The notes beneath the pieces are model-generated. The model did not search any database. It saw only the letters and a list, made by a program, of their open reading frames with translations, and was not told the DNA's origin. This document shows positions 54,401-64,000 of a stretch of 64,000 nucleotides of DNA, piece by piece. The stretch is from Epithemia pelagica (lineage: Eukaryota; Protista; Bacillariophyta), in contig OX337238.1 of assembly GCA_946965045.2 (NCBI GenBank), forward strand, positions 682,001 to 746,000, in the 5' to 3' direction. Positions within the stretch are counted from its first letter, which is position 1. Each line of letters begins with the position of its first letter. The translations under genes and the position numbers were made by a program.

Positions 54401-54815
54401 GCATGGAGGAGCACAGGACGTTCCCAATGGCAACAGGAACGGTGAATGCATCGTAAAAGTTGCCGTTGAATTTGATGGACCCAATCATTTCACTCGACAC
54501 GCCGTCGTCAAAGGCAAACAAAGTAACTCCCCCAAGTCTCCCTCGCACATAGGACCATCCGCTGCGGCCGAGTCCCCTCCCCCACCACGGTCCTTGGGTC
54601 ATTCGATTCTCAAGTACCGGTTACTGAAAAAACAGGGTTGGACCGTGATTCGAATTCCCTATTATGAATTTGACAAAATTCCATTTTGGGCAAGTATGGA
54701 ACGACAGCGCTATCTCCAGCGGCTGTTGAAAACTCATTCCACGCTGAAATTCAGTGACGCGGACGTTTCGGAATACAAACCGCCCGTATTGGATCGCAAA
54801 TCGCGATTTGACTAG
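51453..54815 (+). CDS. RAP-domain organellar RNA-binding protein, plastid-targeted, ~1120 aa
   Basis: Signal peptide ending THAF; helical-repeat segments (RQLCNAAWALAK, ELAIVAWAFA, DIAQLIWSLG, EKANLVWSL); C-terminal RAP domain KVAVEFDGPNHF...KYRLLKKQGWTVIRIPYYEF. Confidence 0.88.
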   Translation: MLSWFQHNHGLTVYTTKTWRLEVVVLWIAVLVVLCTCSTTTHAFVGQVVIQGPSQQASTRIRSQTSTSSGLQKYRNQENKQHVVLAPTRRRHSIDTRWRTSLASSSTTTTTFSVVSEEERRPERPETGRVPDLQSADQDNPQQRESQGQQSSSRAWSTRPSVTTTAMHQPKQTSTMEKRSSHKTASMAPPKQQGHGMSSTAQTASAKPNRNNMKGRSKSSWQAGYYTSLKTQGLIQRAAATGSSFGRTTRPLSSSLSTTTMSPGTPLGRATAVLQTLLSIPPDRCNAANLVYALTLSAKLQVPATNPLRHHGDDTTENDDEDDMAVSQEVAVFRSLLVQAVQVMREMVSMKQKKKGGLTPRQLCNAAWALAKHVDRDPFLLRLKAEDRPAGSTLTHDDTPAAIGETKNDDDNSNHVLVVDLAVDEIAASLIRTLQSNSTMVKNGELCMAAWAYGVLRERQRPPGWKTRPRMGTVVLPKQPPAPPPSTDHSSFPNHPGASFFQFVRNEEWDSKSRRPMHNPSRKLFGKLKVPEVHDDEENDDNLEEDVIQVPSPTITDFLFDEIALALNQPAVIGVEPHLEAVVNGTELFGSSDLSDVELGEEEDSVAWRIDTCQWNELAIVAWAFATHGWSCSPSAELVLMRIANETTRRLKKGQRLPLKANGSYMPYKLSRYAGEHKSKRASSRDIAQLIWSLGIAQSDNFRLADSLVAVVETLRDNLRHYQMNNKDGPSYFSRWSCADLVQVALSLAHARMDESEILCALYQESLRRLPTRGNSDSMDGNRQTFFFWEVTILLWAQARLHLTVEQDAIFEEFSTAVVASLHAAAVEAQDGETQSLQSIGIGSQEKANLVWSLVILEQYNSSTSIDLLSRIFAEVSSECQVEGCIQLEHAHQLWQALFLLESESPLAVADTPAWFRDYLQSQWRNEKARPKLSSARHRALSHTLSQMGVAHHNEDEEDIDVAIVLEPNALWTHQAAWKTASEHGGAQDVPNGNRNGECIVKVAVEFDGPNHFTRHAVVKGKQSNSPKSPSHIGPSAAAESPPPPRSLGHSILKYRLLKKQGWTVIRIPYYEFDKIPFWASMERQRYLQRLLKTHSTLKFSDADVSEYKPPVLDRKSRFD

Positions 54816-55332
54816 GCCTCGGACTGTAAATGCTACTGAAACGATATACCATTGATAAAAATAGATAGGATGGCCTTGCATCTTTCCCATATAGAGCGTA
54901 TCCTCTCAAATATCGGAACCATTCCGCACCTGAACCGGGGGGAAAAGAGAGAATAGGTCATTTGTCAGAGATGTGCGCGATCTATAGGGCTTCAGTTTCT
55001 CATTGTCACTGAAACAGTAAATGAAGCATGGACTGGTTGTGGTGTACTATTAATGACACCAATGCCCCCATTTCTCGAAGTGTGCGCGTCAGGGTTAAAA
55101 AGCTCGATTTTCAGTTTCGCAGCATGGCAAGAAGCTCAGACCCTCAGGATAGTAATGAAAAGATTCTCGTCATTCGCACAGCACTTGACATTTCTCGCAA
55201 CTCCAACAACAACGACGGTATGGAAGAGGAACACAGTCACGTACCAATACTACTAGTATCGATTGTCAATGCCACACTGGACAGTCGCAGTGTCACCCAT
55301 CCGTTTGCTTGCTAAGAAAACAGAGGTCTTGT

Positions 55333-56967
55333 TCAAGAGCTAGTGTCGTTGTGTACAAGCTCTTTTTCTCGTTCGACCATGGTTTGCAATTTTCCCGATT
55401 CTTTGAGAGCCGCCAAGCCCGGAAAGGATCCATTGGTCGTTCCTGTAAACAAACCTCCAATATGTTGTCCTTGGACAAAGATTTGCGGTAAGGACGACTG
55501 TCCCGTTTGTTCCAGCAAGGCGGTGCGCACGGCACTCTGGTCCTTGTCGAGCCAAAACCACTCGACTCCCACTGGCACGACATGATATACAATGCCCAAT
55601 TCGTCCAAGACGGCTCGGGCTTCTTGGGAAAAGGGAGACCATTGATAGGTATAGAGTACGACCGTGTGTTTGGCGATTGTCGTTTGAATCGTGGCCGTGG
55701 CCGCGGCCACATGCGTCTCGTCGACTCCCAGCAGTTTGCTTTGCCAACGATTTTCCCATTGAAACACGAGAGAAAACACTTGGAGCGCCTTGCCAATGGG
55801 TTTCCAAATGCCTCGTCCTCGTTGGAATTTGCCTCCACCCGTATCGGGCAAGTTCAAGGGATTGCCGGCCAGCTCTTGGCCCAGAATGGGTGCCAAAAAG
55901 GACAGCGGTCGTGCCATGGTTTCCGAATAGGTCAAGACCCCCCGCGATTGGTACGAATACACGACTTGTGGTTGTGGTTGTTGTTGGTCATGCTTGAACC
56001 AATACGTGGCTCCTCGTTGCGCAATGAGCAAGGGATTCGACACGTACGTGTCCCAATTGGTCAAGACTTGGACCATGTTTCGGAGTCTTACCGTGGCCAA
56101 TTCCACCGGTCGTTGATAGCCTGTTTCATCGGCAAAGTATTGCTGGTAGGAAATCCAGGGTCCCACTTGGACCGGTCCAACACCGGGTCCAATGGTGACA
56201 AAGCCAGCCTCGACCACGGCATCCTTCCGAAACCGTTCCGGTGCCGACCGGTCTCCGAAATAACCGCGCAGAATTTCCGCCAGGGTTCCCGGTGCACCAA
56301 TTCCGGCACACATGGCCAAATACTTCAACCATGCCGTTGCCATGGGACGCAGCAGTTCGGCTTCCATTTCGGGAGGAGGAGCACCACCCGGCAATTGGTT
56401 CAAGGCCAAGCGTAGGACCGCATCCGAAATACTGTTGGGTATGGACAAATTGGGACCGGCATACAACTCCAACTCTCGGTACAATTGAGCCGTGGGATCG
56501 AGACGCAAGAGGGTGGGATCCAATCCCGTAAAGTTGCAAAATTGTTGTCCTGCCGGCACGTTACCAATCCCAATCACACACAAGGTGACACCCTCTTGTT
56601 TCAAGGCTGGTTGGGCTGCTACCAAGAACTCGACATATTCCATGGAATCAAATTCTCCCAATTGCGGCAACAGGACCACCAGAATTTGGTCGTTGTCGTC
56701 ATGGTTCTCGGAGAAGGCTACCGTGGGTTGACCGGTTTGGGGATCCACCAGAGAGGTTGAGGTTCGAATCATGTCATAGGCAGAGGACGACGACGATTGT
56801 TGTGGAATCGAAAAGGCACCAACAACCACACAATTCCATTGATCCATCACAAGCGCCACCACCACAAGCGCAAACCATGCACTGGAACAAGAACGAGAAG
56901 AAGAACTGCACTGGAATTTTGTCATGGTGATTGGCGGCCATTGGTTGGATTTTGTTTTGGCGCTCAT
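55333..56967 (-). CDS. Plastid-targeted AhpC/TSA_2 (peroxiredoxin-like, cyanobacterial type) domain fused to a C-terminal glutaredoxin-like domain, 544 aa
   Basis: Signal peptide ending VGAF; [17 protein letters not shown]...[45 protein letters not shown]. Grx part: [16 protein letters not shown]...[18 protein letters not shown]. Confidence 0.85.
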   Translation of the reverse strand: MSAKTKSNQWPPITMTKFQCSSSSRSCSSAWFALVVVALVMDQWNCVVVGAFSIPQQSSSSSAYDMIRTSTSLVDPQTGQPTVAFSENHDDNDQILVVLLPQLGEFDSMEYVEFLVAAQPALKQEGVTLCVIGIGNVPAGQQFCNFTGLDPTLLRLDPTAQLYRELELYAGPNLSIPNSISDAVLRLALNQLPGGAPPPEMEAELLRPMATAWLKYLAMCAGIGAPGTLAEILRGYFGDRSAPERFRKDAVVEAGFVTIGPGVGPVQVGPWISYQQYFADETGYQRPVELATVRLRNMVQVLTNWDTYVSNPLLIAQRGATYWFKHDQQQPQPQVVYSYQSRGVLTYSETMARPLSFLAPILGQELAGNPLNLPDTGGGKFQRGRGIWKPIGKALQVFSLVFQWENRWQSKLLGVDETHVAAATATIQTTIAKHTVVLYTYQWSPFSQEARAVLDELGIVYHVVPVGVEWFWLDKDQSAVRTALLEQTGQSSLPQIFVQGQHIGGLFTGTTNGSFPGLAALKESGKLQTMVEREKELVHNDTSS

Positions 56968-57413
56968 CTCTGCTCATCCATTGGATCTTTTGTGGGGCAG
57001 ACAGACGGACACATAATGTGCGACTAACAAGCGTCTCGAAAGCGTGGCGTGCTCGAAAAGGCAGTGCCGGATCTCGCGTCAGCCGGCCCACTCTGAGACG
57101 CGGTCTCAAAATCGGCGAAACTAGCGATTCCATTAGGAAGTTCCACCTCTTGTGTGTGACGACCTGAATGACGACGTTCGTTTGATTTGTGTGGGTGTTC
57201 TTTCATCCTTGTTGTTTCCTTTCTCTCTCGTTTGGAAGTATAGACGAATCAACATTTCCAGTGGAATTTCCAGAGACACTGCCACAACGAGTATAGCAAC
57301 AAAAGACCCAACCCTTATTCCCACACAACAAAAGTACTTGGCAGAATGAACCATTCCAGATAAAACACTGTCATCAGTCAGTCGATATTGAAACGGGAAC
57401 GGGGAAAAACGAA

Positions 57414-60400
57414 ATGCCGCGACGGCCCTTGGAGGAACGGAGACGATCGACTGGTGACACCAGGACCAAGTCACACCCACCATCAGTGTCTCCATCCAAT
57501 CGACGTTCGATTCGCCAGGACTATTATTCTAATGATGATGGTGGTGGTGGTCCATCCGTGTCGTCCCCCCACTTTCAAATCCTGGAACAACATGGTGCTT
57601 CCTTTGCCTCGACATCGCCCGTCATTAATTATGGTGCACCATCTCCTCGCCATGATTCTCCGACTCGTCGTCGTCGTCGTCAGTCGTACCAGTTTCCGAT
57701 CGACAACGATCAACCATCCATGGCGGTGACCAACTCTCCTCGGCAAACGAGACCCCAACATCCGCATCATCCAACGTCGTCCTCATCACCTCCCGACTCG
57801 ACCACCTCCTCGTCGGCTTCCTTGGTGTGGTATCCGAATAACGACAACCATCCTCACAAGTACCATGCATGGTTTCAGCAGCAGCAGCAGGACCATCCTT
57901 CGGAACAGGCCACGGAATCCTCACGCGATGTCTACGTGGAATATACCACCAAGGGTGGACGTAGTTGGCTCATGGAACAAGAAGAACACTATCAACAGGA
58001 GCAACAGCAGCAACGCCAACAACAAGAGCCACAGCCACACTCCAAACACACGAGTTTCATGGCACAACCAAAACGAAGCAGATTCCATCCAACCACCACT
58101 CAACGGATGGAACAACGTCCGGAACCACAGGACCGAATCATCCATGACCCGGTAGACCAAAGTAGTCGGAGTCAGGAGGACCCTAGCACCAGCAGCAGTC
58201 ACCCGTGGAACAACCACAACCACAACAGTAACAACAACCACAACAACAACATGGCCAGTGGCATTAGCAGTGAAGAGGAGGAGGAGGATGACGACGAGGC
58301 CTTTCAAAGCAACAATAGTGCCATTTTGTGGGAACACTTGTTGTCCTTGGCCGATGGAATGCCTCCCGAAACCAACAACAACAACCAGAAAATGACCAGA
58401 GCCATCAGAACGAGAACGAGACCAACGTCCCCCATTCCAGTGTCGAGTCCACGTCGAATCAACCACAACCACCACAACAGCACTACGACACGAATGCAGA
58501 CATCTCCCAACAGCAGTGGAGCGAGAAACAACAGGAGAAGGCGACGCATGGAACAACCCTTGTCACCCCTTCCCCCTCCTACACGACCCACGATGGTGTC
58601 GTCGTCCCCGCATTCCATTTCCCCTCCACCACCACCAACAACAGCCCTCCATTCTCCACGGATGCACTGGGACCACCCAAAGTCGATTCCCGACCACGAC
58701 AACGACAAGTACCAAAAGGACGATGGCGGTACCGTGACAACGATTGCCGATGGTACCACGGTGGCAACCCGAACGGGGAACAATGTCCTCAGGATGCAAG
58801 AATCAACCCCCCGTGTGGTGTTGCTCAAACCCAATCCGTCCTTGTCATCGTCGTCCAGTCAAAACGATGCACACGAAACCCAAGTTCCAGGCGCTGCCTG
58901 TTGGCAAACCTTGTGTTGGGATCCAACTTGTTTGCAAGATTCGAATGGAGAGTGTTGTTGTGGTTGGCGTCCAGGAAACGGTCGTTCCAGGACAATCGCC
59001 AACACTACGAATCCTGGCAACACCAATCTGGATGGCACACGTGTCTCCATTGAGCCGACCCTTGCCAATGGTCCCCACAACAACAACAATAACAACAAGG
59101 ACAATGGTATGGCTGCGGACTGTCGCGCCTCTGCCGCCTTGACACAAGAGAATGGAGTTCCAATGGTGGTGGAAACCACGGTACAACCACCGTCGGTATC
59201 TTCCGTGTTGTCGCCCGTGTTGCGTCGATGGCACAAGACTCCTCCACAATCCTCCATTCCAACAGCAAGTCCATCGCCACGGCATGGAGCCAAGTCGTCG
59301 TGGAACCAAAAAAAGCAAACAAACAGTAGCAACAACAAGAAACGACGAGAATCGGAACCTCCTCCCGTCGTGGATCATTCTGGTCCATGGAGGAGCCCGG
59401 ACGCGGCGGCTGTGGAGCAACGAGAACCACGCCACTCGGACGAGAGACCAAAGAGTCCTCGTCGTCGGGCCAAGTCACTGTCTCCCAATCGACAACGGCG
59501 ACGACGACGACGACAACAAATCTTGAGTTGGGCCCGAAAACAATATCAAAACCGCCGAGTACATCACCTGGGCGAGACACGGCACACTCCGCCGGCACCA
59601 GCCACGCCTCCACCACCACCCCTTCGTACGATTACCGTGATTGAATGGAGGCAACCCGACGATGGTACCGTAGTCTTTCATGTCGATGAAGATGACCAAC
59701 AAAATTCAAAGGGTCGTTCCGTGACAAGAACGGATGTGCAAACTCCGACAAACACGGACAGGCAAACTCATTCCACGACAGGCACAGAAAAAAGCACACA
59801 ACAGAAACGATTCGATTCCAAACCACCCATTGAGAGTGCGGAACAAGCAGGCGTAAAACGAGCGTCGGATGGGTCCCTCGATCACCGAACCGAATTTCTC
59901 CGTCAACGAGATCAACCGGTATTTGACCTGTCGAGCAGTAGCAAGAGTGCGCCTGCGGCGGATTTGGATAGCACTTCGGATTTGTCGCTCTTTCTTTTGA
60001 AACAACAACAGAAACAGAAGGCAAGCCTGTATTCAGAAACAAACGACACACCAACGGAACAAAACACGCCAACTAGTTCTGCTTCAATACAACCAAAAGT
60101 GGCTCTTGTGGAACAACCGCCACAATCAGGGGGGTCAACATCGGGAAAAGGGGAAACTATGGGGAGTGGGGAAAACTCGAGTAATGACCAACAGCCTCGC
60201 AAAGAGGAGAAAGCGCCAGTGGCACATGAGCCATTGTTGGCAGCTGAGCAACAGCAAGGCACGACACCTAATACGAACACAAAAAACGACAAGGAGGTTG
60301 AGGAAGGCGAAATTGAAATTGTCTTTGTGGAAGATGACCAGTTTCAACATCCCACAAATTTTTCCTATGGGGATCCACGAGGCATTGTGTTTGACTGGTT

Positions 60401-63400
60401 GCCACAGCCGAGTCCTATGGGGCAAGAGCAGGAGCAAGAGATCATTTCTGTCATATCTCTCGAAGACGAGAACGTTCAGAAAGAAGAAATCTTTAGTCCT
60501 GTTATTTCGCTTGCTTCATCGAATCATGCAAACAATGGGACATTCGGTTCAAGTCCCAGGCCGAAACGGGTGGCAAAGGCCTCTCGGGCAAACGCGACGG
60601 GGAGACTTTCACAGTCATCCCCCAGACCACCACGTTACGAGGAAAACTCCCTGAAGAAGCACCAACCCTTCCAGAAGAAACACGACACTGATCAACAGAA
60701 GAGGAGCGAAAAAGAAAAGACGGCCGCAGTATACTCTTTTGTAGTCTCACCGCCAATCGCAAACGAAGTAGCCAGATCACCGCACATTGACAGAAAAGCT
60801 GACTCCCCCCAGACTGCACAGCTTGATCTCCCAGATCTAGATCATCAGAAGGCTACAATGGACATTCCAAGAGAGGGCACTAAAAAGGACGTTGCACACG
60901 AGAAAAAGGAAGTAATTCAATCGGTGGCATTTGAGAAAGCGACAGCGTCTCCTTGTTACGACAAATCCATCGAGTCGCCTCGGACAGCCGTACGCCCTCC
61001 TCGTCCAGAAAGCGCGAAGAAAGCCAGGATCATGTCTCCATGGAAAGCAAAGTCTCTTGATCAGAAAGGTACAGGTACGGTAGAACAAGACGTCATTATT
61101 GTGGATGCGCTTTGTGCTAGTGAAACGACACAGCTCGCTCCTCCTTCGTCTTTTGTGAAGACTGACAAGCGAAGTTCCATTGAGGATCATCAACGACAAA
61201 ATCCATCGATCAAAAGACACGACGATAGAAACAAATCGAAACCACATAATCGTCCAATGTCTCCAAGTCACACTTCTTCTCCGAAGCGCAACAGTTTTGA
61301 AACGCAAAACCATAGCAAGACGAAGCAGGTGGACTGGGTTACACGACGACAACATTTGCGCGATTATGCAACTGCTAGAAGAAGAGAAAGCCCAGAGAAA
61401 AGTGGACCACAATATGCTGAGGAAGAGCAATTTAAAGCCCCGTCTCGTGGGATGGAGATAACTGTGCATCACCGGAAAGGAGATCCACAAGATGTCGAAA
61501 TTATTTCGTTGCTCTCCATGGAGGATTGTACAACAAAACTCTATCCGTCGATGTCCAAACCAGTTGTTCCCAATGTTATTGCTCTGTCAGATCAACAAGC
61601 GTTGGTTCCGTACCAGAAACCTACGAAAACAAAGAACAAGAAGGGAAGAGTACCACGTCCACGAGTTCACGTAGTTGATGCAGAAAAGGAAGTGAAAAAC
61701 ATCCTCCAGAGACAACAACTGGAGCGATGGCTGAGAAAGCCACCTCCCACACCCAAAATTTCATCGCGGGTGGGCTCCGTATCCGCACTGATCAAAGTTC
61801 AAAAACAGAAACGAAATCAGCAAAGACCTGATCCCCAGGATCATGGTCCACTCCTATCTTCTCATACTAAAGAAGGGAAAAGAAAGGATCCAGACGAAGG
61901 CTCAGAATCCCCAAAACGGCGGATAGGACCTGATCCAAGCGAAAATGCAGCAGCTCTTTCCCCTGAGAAGGGTCCCGATCCGCCCGGTTCCATACTTAGA
62001 GAAAGTAAATGGATTGAAAATATGCAGTCGACACAACTCATTTCTGGTAGTCGAAATCATGCGCGATACATGGTGGAGGAGAGTCTGAACGATGACGGCC
62101 GTCCGCTGCATATTTTGGAGATCATGGCGAGGCAGGCAAAGAATCGTTCATCAAGCAAACCTCTGTTTTCTTCGTCGCTCTGGGCGAGCGGAATGGATTC
62201 GAGGTACGGGGCCTCGCCACGGATCAACCAGGGAGACAGCAGTCATTTTGACTTAACCGTTTACGAAGAAACAGCAAGAGACGACGAAAAATTCCTTGTA
62301 TCTCCACGAAAAACTGATCCGCCTTTATTATCTTCAGTGATAGAAGATGAGAATCATTCCCAAGTGATCTCTTCTCTCTCGGCTACTTTCAGCAGGGAGA
62401 GCGATAAGGAGAATCCTGAGCGGCGTAATACATCTGGGTTTCTGGCTCTGGATGATCCTGGGGGTATCATCGCCGTGCGTTCAAAGGCATCTCCTGGTCG
62501 CGGCCATCGCCAGAGATCGGAGAACATGTCCATCCCTCATCGGACTCGGTCAATACCGACCAGTGATGATTTTCCTGATGAGATTGCTGTGAAAACTCAT
62601 GTTCATAACCAACATGTCCACGGAAGCCATTCAAATGGAAACCAACTCGAGGCAAGACTGTCCAAAAGAAAATTACTTCCTGCACTTGAAATTACTGATC
62701 CCAAGGAACATGATTCGGAAGGGTGCGAGCCTCCTGGCTCAGGAAGTGAAGCGAACCCTGTGAAGGACTGTGGGAATGACTCTTTGGCTCGACATGATTT
62801 GAACAACGATCAGAAAGGGCAAACGAAACAGCCACCAGCCGATGTCACAACGCAAGAAATCGAAGCGGTGAACGACAATTGGTCAGAGAATTCAGTTCAG
62901 TTACAGGGGCAGCTCGTCGAAGAAGGTGGAAGCGGTCTAACTTCCGGGGATGCTGGATCAAAGGCAGTACCTTCCATTGATCTCTCAGACCTAAGTTCCG
63001 AGAACAAGTCCATGACAAAAGTCGCTCCGTCAAAAACTGAAATAGATACTTCGGATGGAGACCCTGTTTCAAAAATTGATCAAGTTCAACGAGAAGCAGA
63101 CTTGGATCAAGTCGAAGAAAAATGTTCCAGCAGTTCTAAAACAGATTATCGACAACTTTCTCTTGGACCGATGGAAAACAGTGGAAGTCTTGATCCTGGG
63201 GACGAGATCGTGGAAGGTCACGACTTATATCTGGGATGTGATACGATATCGGTGGGAGGGAATGTTAACGCTGGTATGACAGCATCGTCACCTTCATATA
63301 CACGTTCGGCAGTCGGCAAAAAGGACGCCGGTGCAATTACAATTTCGCAACCATTGGTCTCGTCGACTGCTGAATTGAACCGAGAGAATAGTTTGAACTT

Positions 63401-64000
63401 TGTGATTGACGATGAAACAAATCGTCAATCTCTTGCTGATATTCCAGCAGAAAGTAGAAATACAATGTCGACCGATCCAGATAAATGCTCGGAACAAATG
63501 GAAAACAAGAATCCGACTTGCGTTTCCCCTAGCAATGTTGCTACACAGTCCGTGTCATCTAGACATTCACAGATGAGTGCTCCGGGAAATCAGTCCGATC
63601 CAGATTTTCATCACCAGAACCAGTTACTCGATAATGCGTCACGTACGGTTGACAACATCGCTAATTTAGGCCAAGAAGCAAAGACATTGACCAAAACGAA
63701 CGAAACCGAGAAGGATCCTAACCTGAATGACGATGAAGTCAGCAAGAATGCACCCTGCAGGTCTCGCGTCGTGACTGACGAGGACGATAACATGCTGTCA
63801 TCCAAAAACGCTGCTACGGTTCCTCTAGCACTGCGGATGTTTGACTCAAAGCTTTTCAGCTCTCTAGTAGAAGAGTCTGCAGAAAATAAAGACGCAGGCT
63901 CGGACTCCCGGGAAACCCTTTCAACCTCGGAACCAACAGGAAGCTCTGGTATTCAGCAGTTGTCAAACTCAACGGAGCGAAGCAAAATTTACCTGCAGCA
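57414..64000 (+). CDS. Giant (>2195 codons) low-complexity, intrinsically disordered hypothetical protein; 3'-partial
   Basis: Manual translation from ATG 57414 (MPRRPLEERRRS...) found no stop to the window end (...STERSKIYLQ). The ORF track has no plus-strand ORF in this frame over the 6.6 kb, as expected for one unterminated ORF. S/P/Q/N/T/E-rich. Confidence 0.85.
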   Translation, partial: MPRRPLEERRRSTGDTRTKSHPPSVSPSNRRSIRQDYYSNDDGGGGPSVSSPHFQILEQHGASFASTSPVINYGAPSPRHDSPTRRRRRQSYQFPIDNDQPSMAVTNSPRQTRPQHPHHPTSSSSPPDSTTSSSASLVWYPNNDNHPHKYHAWFQQQQQDHPSEQATESSRDVYVEYTTKGGRSWLMEQEEHYQQEQQQQRQQQEPQPHSKHTSFMAQPKRSRFHPTTTQRMEQRPEPQDRIIHDPVDQSSRSQEDPSTSSSHPWNNHNHNSNNNHNNNMASGISSEEEEEDDDEAFQSNNSAILWEHLLSLADGMPPETNNNNQKMTRAIRTRTRPTSPIPVSSPRRINHNHHNSTTTRMQTSPNSSGARNNRRRRRMEQPLSPLPPPTRPTMVSSSPHSISPPPPPTTALHSPRMHWDHPKSIPDHDNDKYQKDDGGTVTTIADGTTVATRTGNNVLRMQESTPRVVLLKPNPSLSSSSSQNDAHETQVPGAACWQTLCWDPTCLQDSNGECCCGWRPGNGRSRTIANTTNPGNTNLDGTRVSIEPTLANGPHNNNNNNKDNGMAADCRASAALTQENGVPMVVETTVQPPSVSSVLSPVLRRWHKTPPQSSIPTASPSPRHGAKSSWNQKKQTNSSNNKKRRESEPPPVVDHSGPWRSPDAAAVEQREPRHSDERPKSPRRRAKSLSPNRQRRRRRRQQILSWARKQYQNRRVHHLGETRHTPPAPATPPPPPLRTITVIEWRQPDDGTVVFHVDEDDQQNSKGRSVTRTDVQTPTNTDRQTHSTTGTEKSTQQKRFDSKPPIESAEQAGVKRASDGSLDHRTEFLRQRDQPVFDLSSSSKSAPAADLDSTSDLSLFLLKQQQKQKASLYSETNDTPTEQNTPTSSASIQPKVALVEQPPQSGGSTSGKGETMGSGENSSNDQQPRKEEKAPVAHEPLLAAEQQQGTTPNTNTKNDKEVEEGEIEIVFVEDDQFQHPTNFSYGDPRGIVFDWLPQPSPMGQEQEQEIISVISLEDENVQKEEIFSPVISLASSNHANNGTFGSSPRPKRVAKASRANATGRLSQSSPRPPRYEENSLKKHQPFQKKHDTDQQKRSEKEKTAAVYSFVVSPPIANEVARSPHIDRKADSPQTAQLDLPDLDHQKATMDIPREGTKKDVAHEKKEVIQSVAFEKATASPCYDKSIESPRTAVRPPRPESAKKARIMSPWKAKSLDQKGTGTVEQDVIIVDALCASETTQLAPPSSFVKTDKRSSIEDHQRQNPSIKRHDDRNKSKPHNRPMSPSHTSSPKRNSFETQNHSKTKQVDWVTRRQHLRDYATARRRESPEKSGPQYAEEEQFKAPSRGMEITVHHRKGDPQDVEIISLLSMEDCTTKLYPSMSKPVVPNVIALSDQQALVPYQKPTKTKNKKGRVPRPRVHVVDAEKEVKNILQRQQLERWLRKPPPTPKISSRVGSVSALIKVQKQKRNQQRPDPQDHGPLLSSHTKEGKRKDPDEGSESPKRRIGPDPSENAAALSPEKGPDPPGSILRESKWIENMQSTQLISGSRNHARYMVEESLNDDGRPLHILEIMARQAKNRSSSKPLFSSSLWASGMDSRYGASPRINQGDSSHFDLTVYEETARDDEKFLVSPRKTDPPLLSSVIEDENHSQVISSLSATFSRESDKENPERRNTSGFLALDDPGGIIAVRSKASPGRGHRQRSENMSIPHRTRSIPTSDDFPDEIAVKTHVHNQHVHGSHSNGNQLEARLSKRKLLPALEITDPKEHDSEGCEPPGSGSEANPVKDCGNDSLARHDLNNDQKGQTKQPPADVTTQEIEAVNDNWSENSVQLQGQLVEEGGSGLTSGDAGSKAVPSIDLSDLSSENKSMTKVAPSKTEIDTSDGDPVSKIDQVQREADLDQVEEKCSSSSKTDYRQLSLGPMENSGSLDPGDEIVEGHDLYLGCDTISVGGNVNAGMTASSPSYTRSAVGKKDAGAITISQPLVSSTAELNRENSLNFVIDDETNRQSLADIPAESRNTMSTDPDKCSEQMENKNPTCVSPSNVATQSVSSRHSQMSAPGNQSDPDFHHQNQLLDNASRTVDNIANLGQEAKTLTKTNETEKDPNLNDDEVSKNAPCRSRVVTDEDDNMLSSKNAATVPLALRMFDSKLFSSLVEESAENKDAGSDSRETLSTSEPTGSSGIQQLSNSTERSKIYLQ

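Noticed and set aside
1-64000. rRNA, tRNA or telomeric arrays
   Set aside because: None recognised by eye; tRNAscan-SE and Infernal could not be run, so small RNA genes may have been missed.

Overview
This window is eukaryotic nuclear DNA from a diatom or close stramenopile relative. The evidence is short spliceosomal introns, ASAF-type plastid presequences, a fucoxanthin-chlorophyll LHCX gene and diatom-type HSF/ANK/RAP genes. It holds about 22 intact-looking host genes, two of them missed by the ORF track because they run off the window ends: a THUMP/RlmL-like methyltransferase at the left end and a >2190-codon disordered ORF at the right end. Highlights: (1) A ~12.6-kb Helentron/Helitron2-type rolling-circle element (8221-20794, minus orientation). 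Its ends can be read from the sequence: 16-bp asymmetric subterminal inverted repeats, a 3' hairpin and T-run termini. It carries a decayed, CpG-poor RepHel gene, several unknown accessory ORFs and internal tandem arrays. One accessory gene is intact, CpG-rich and has a GC-AG intron. The element sits in the divergent promoter between a chromate transporter and LHCX. (2) An ER-type PDI/thioredoxin-fold protein split by the ORF caller at an in-frame TGA exactly at the active site (UGYC), i.e. a probable selenoprotein. (3) Four 10-bp-phased bZIP/aureochrome-like TGAC boxes upstream of LHCX. (4) A 595-bp MITE between two tandem GT43 genes. (5) Several decayed host-gene fragments. No rRNA, tRNA or CRISPR array was seen.
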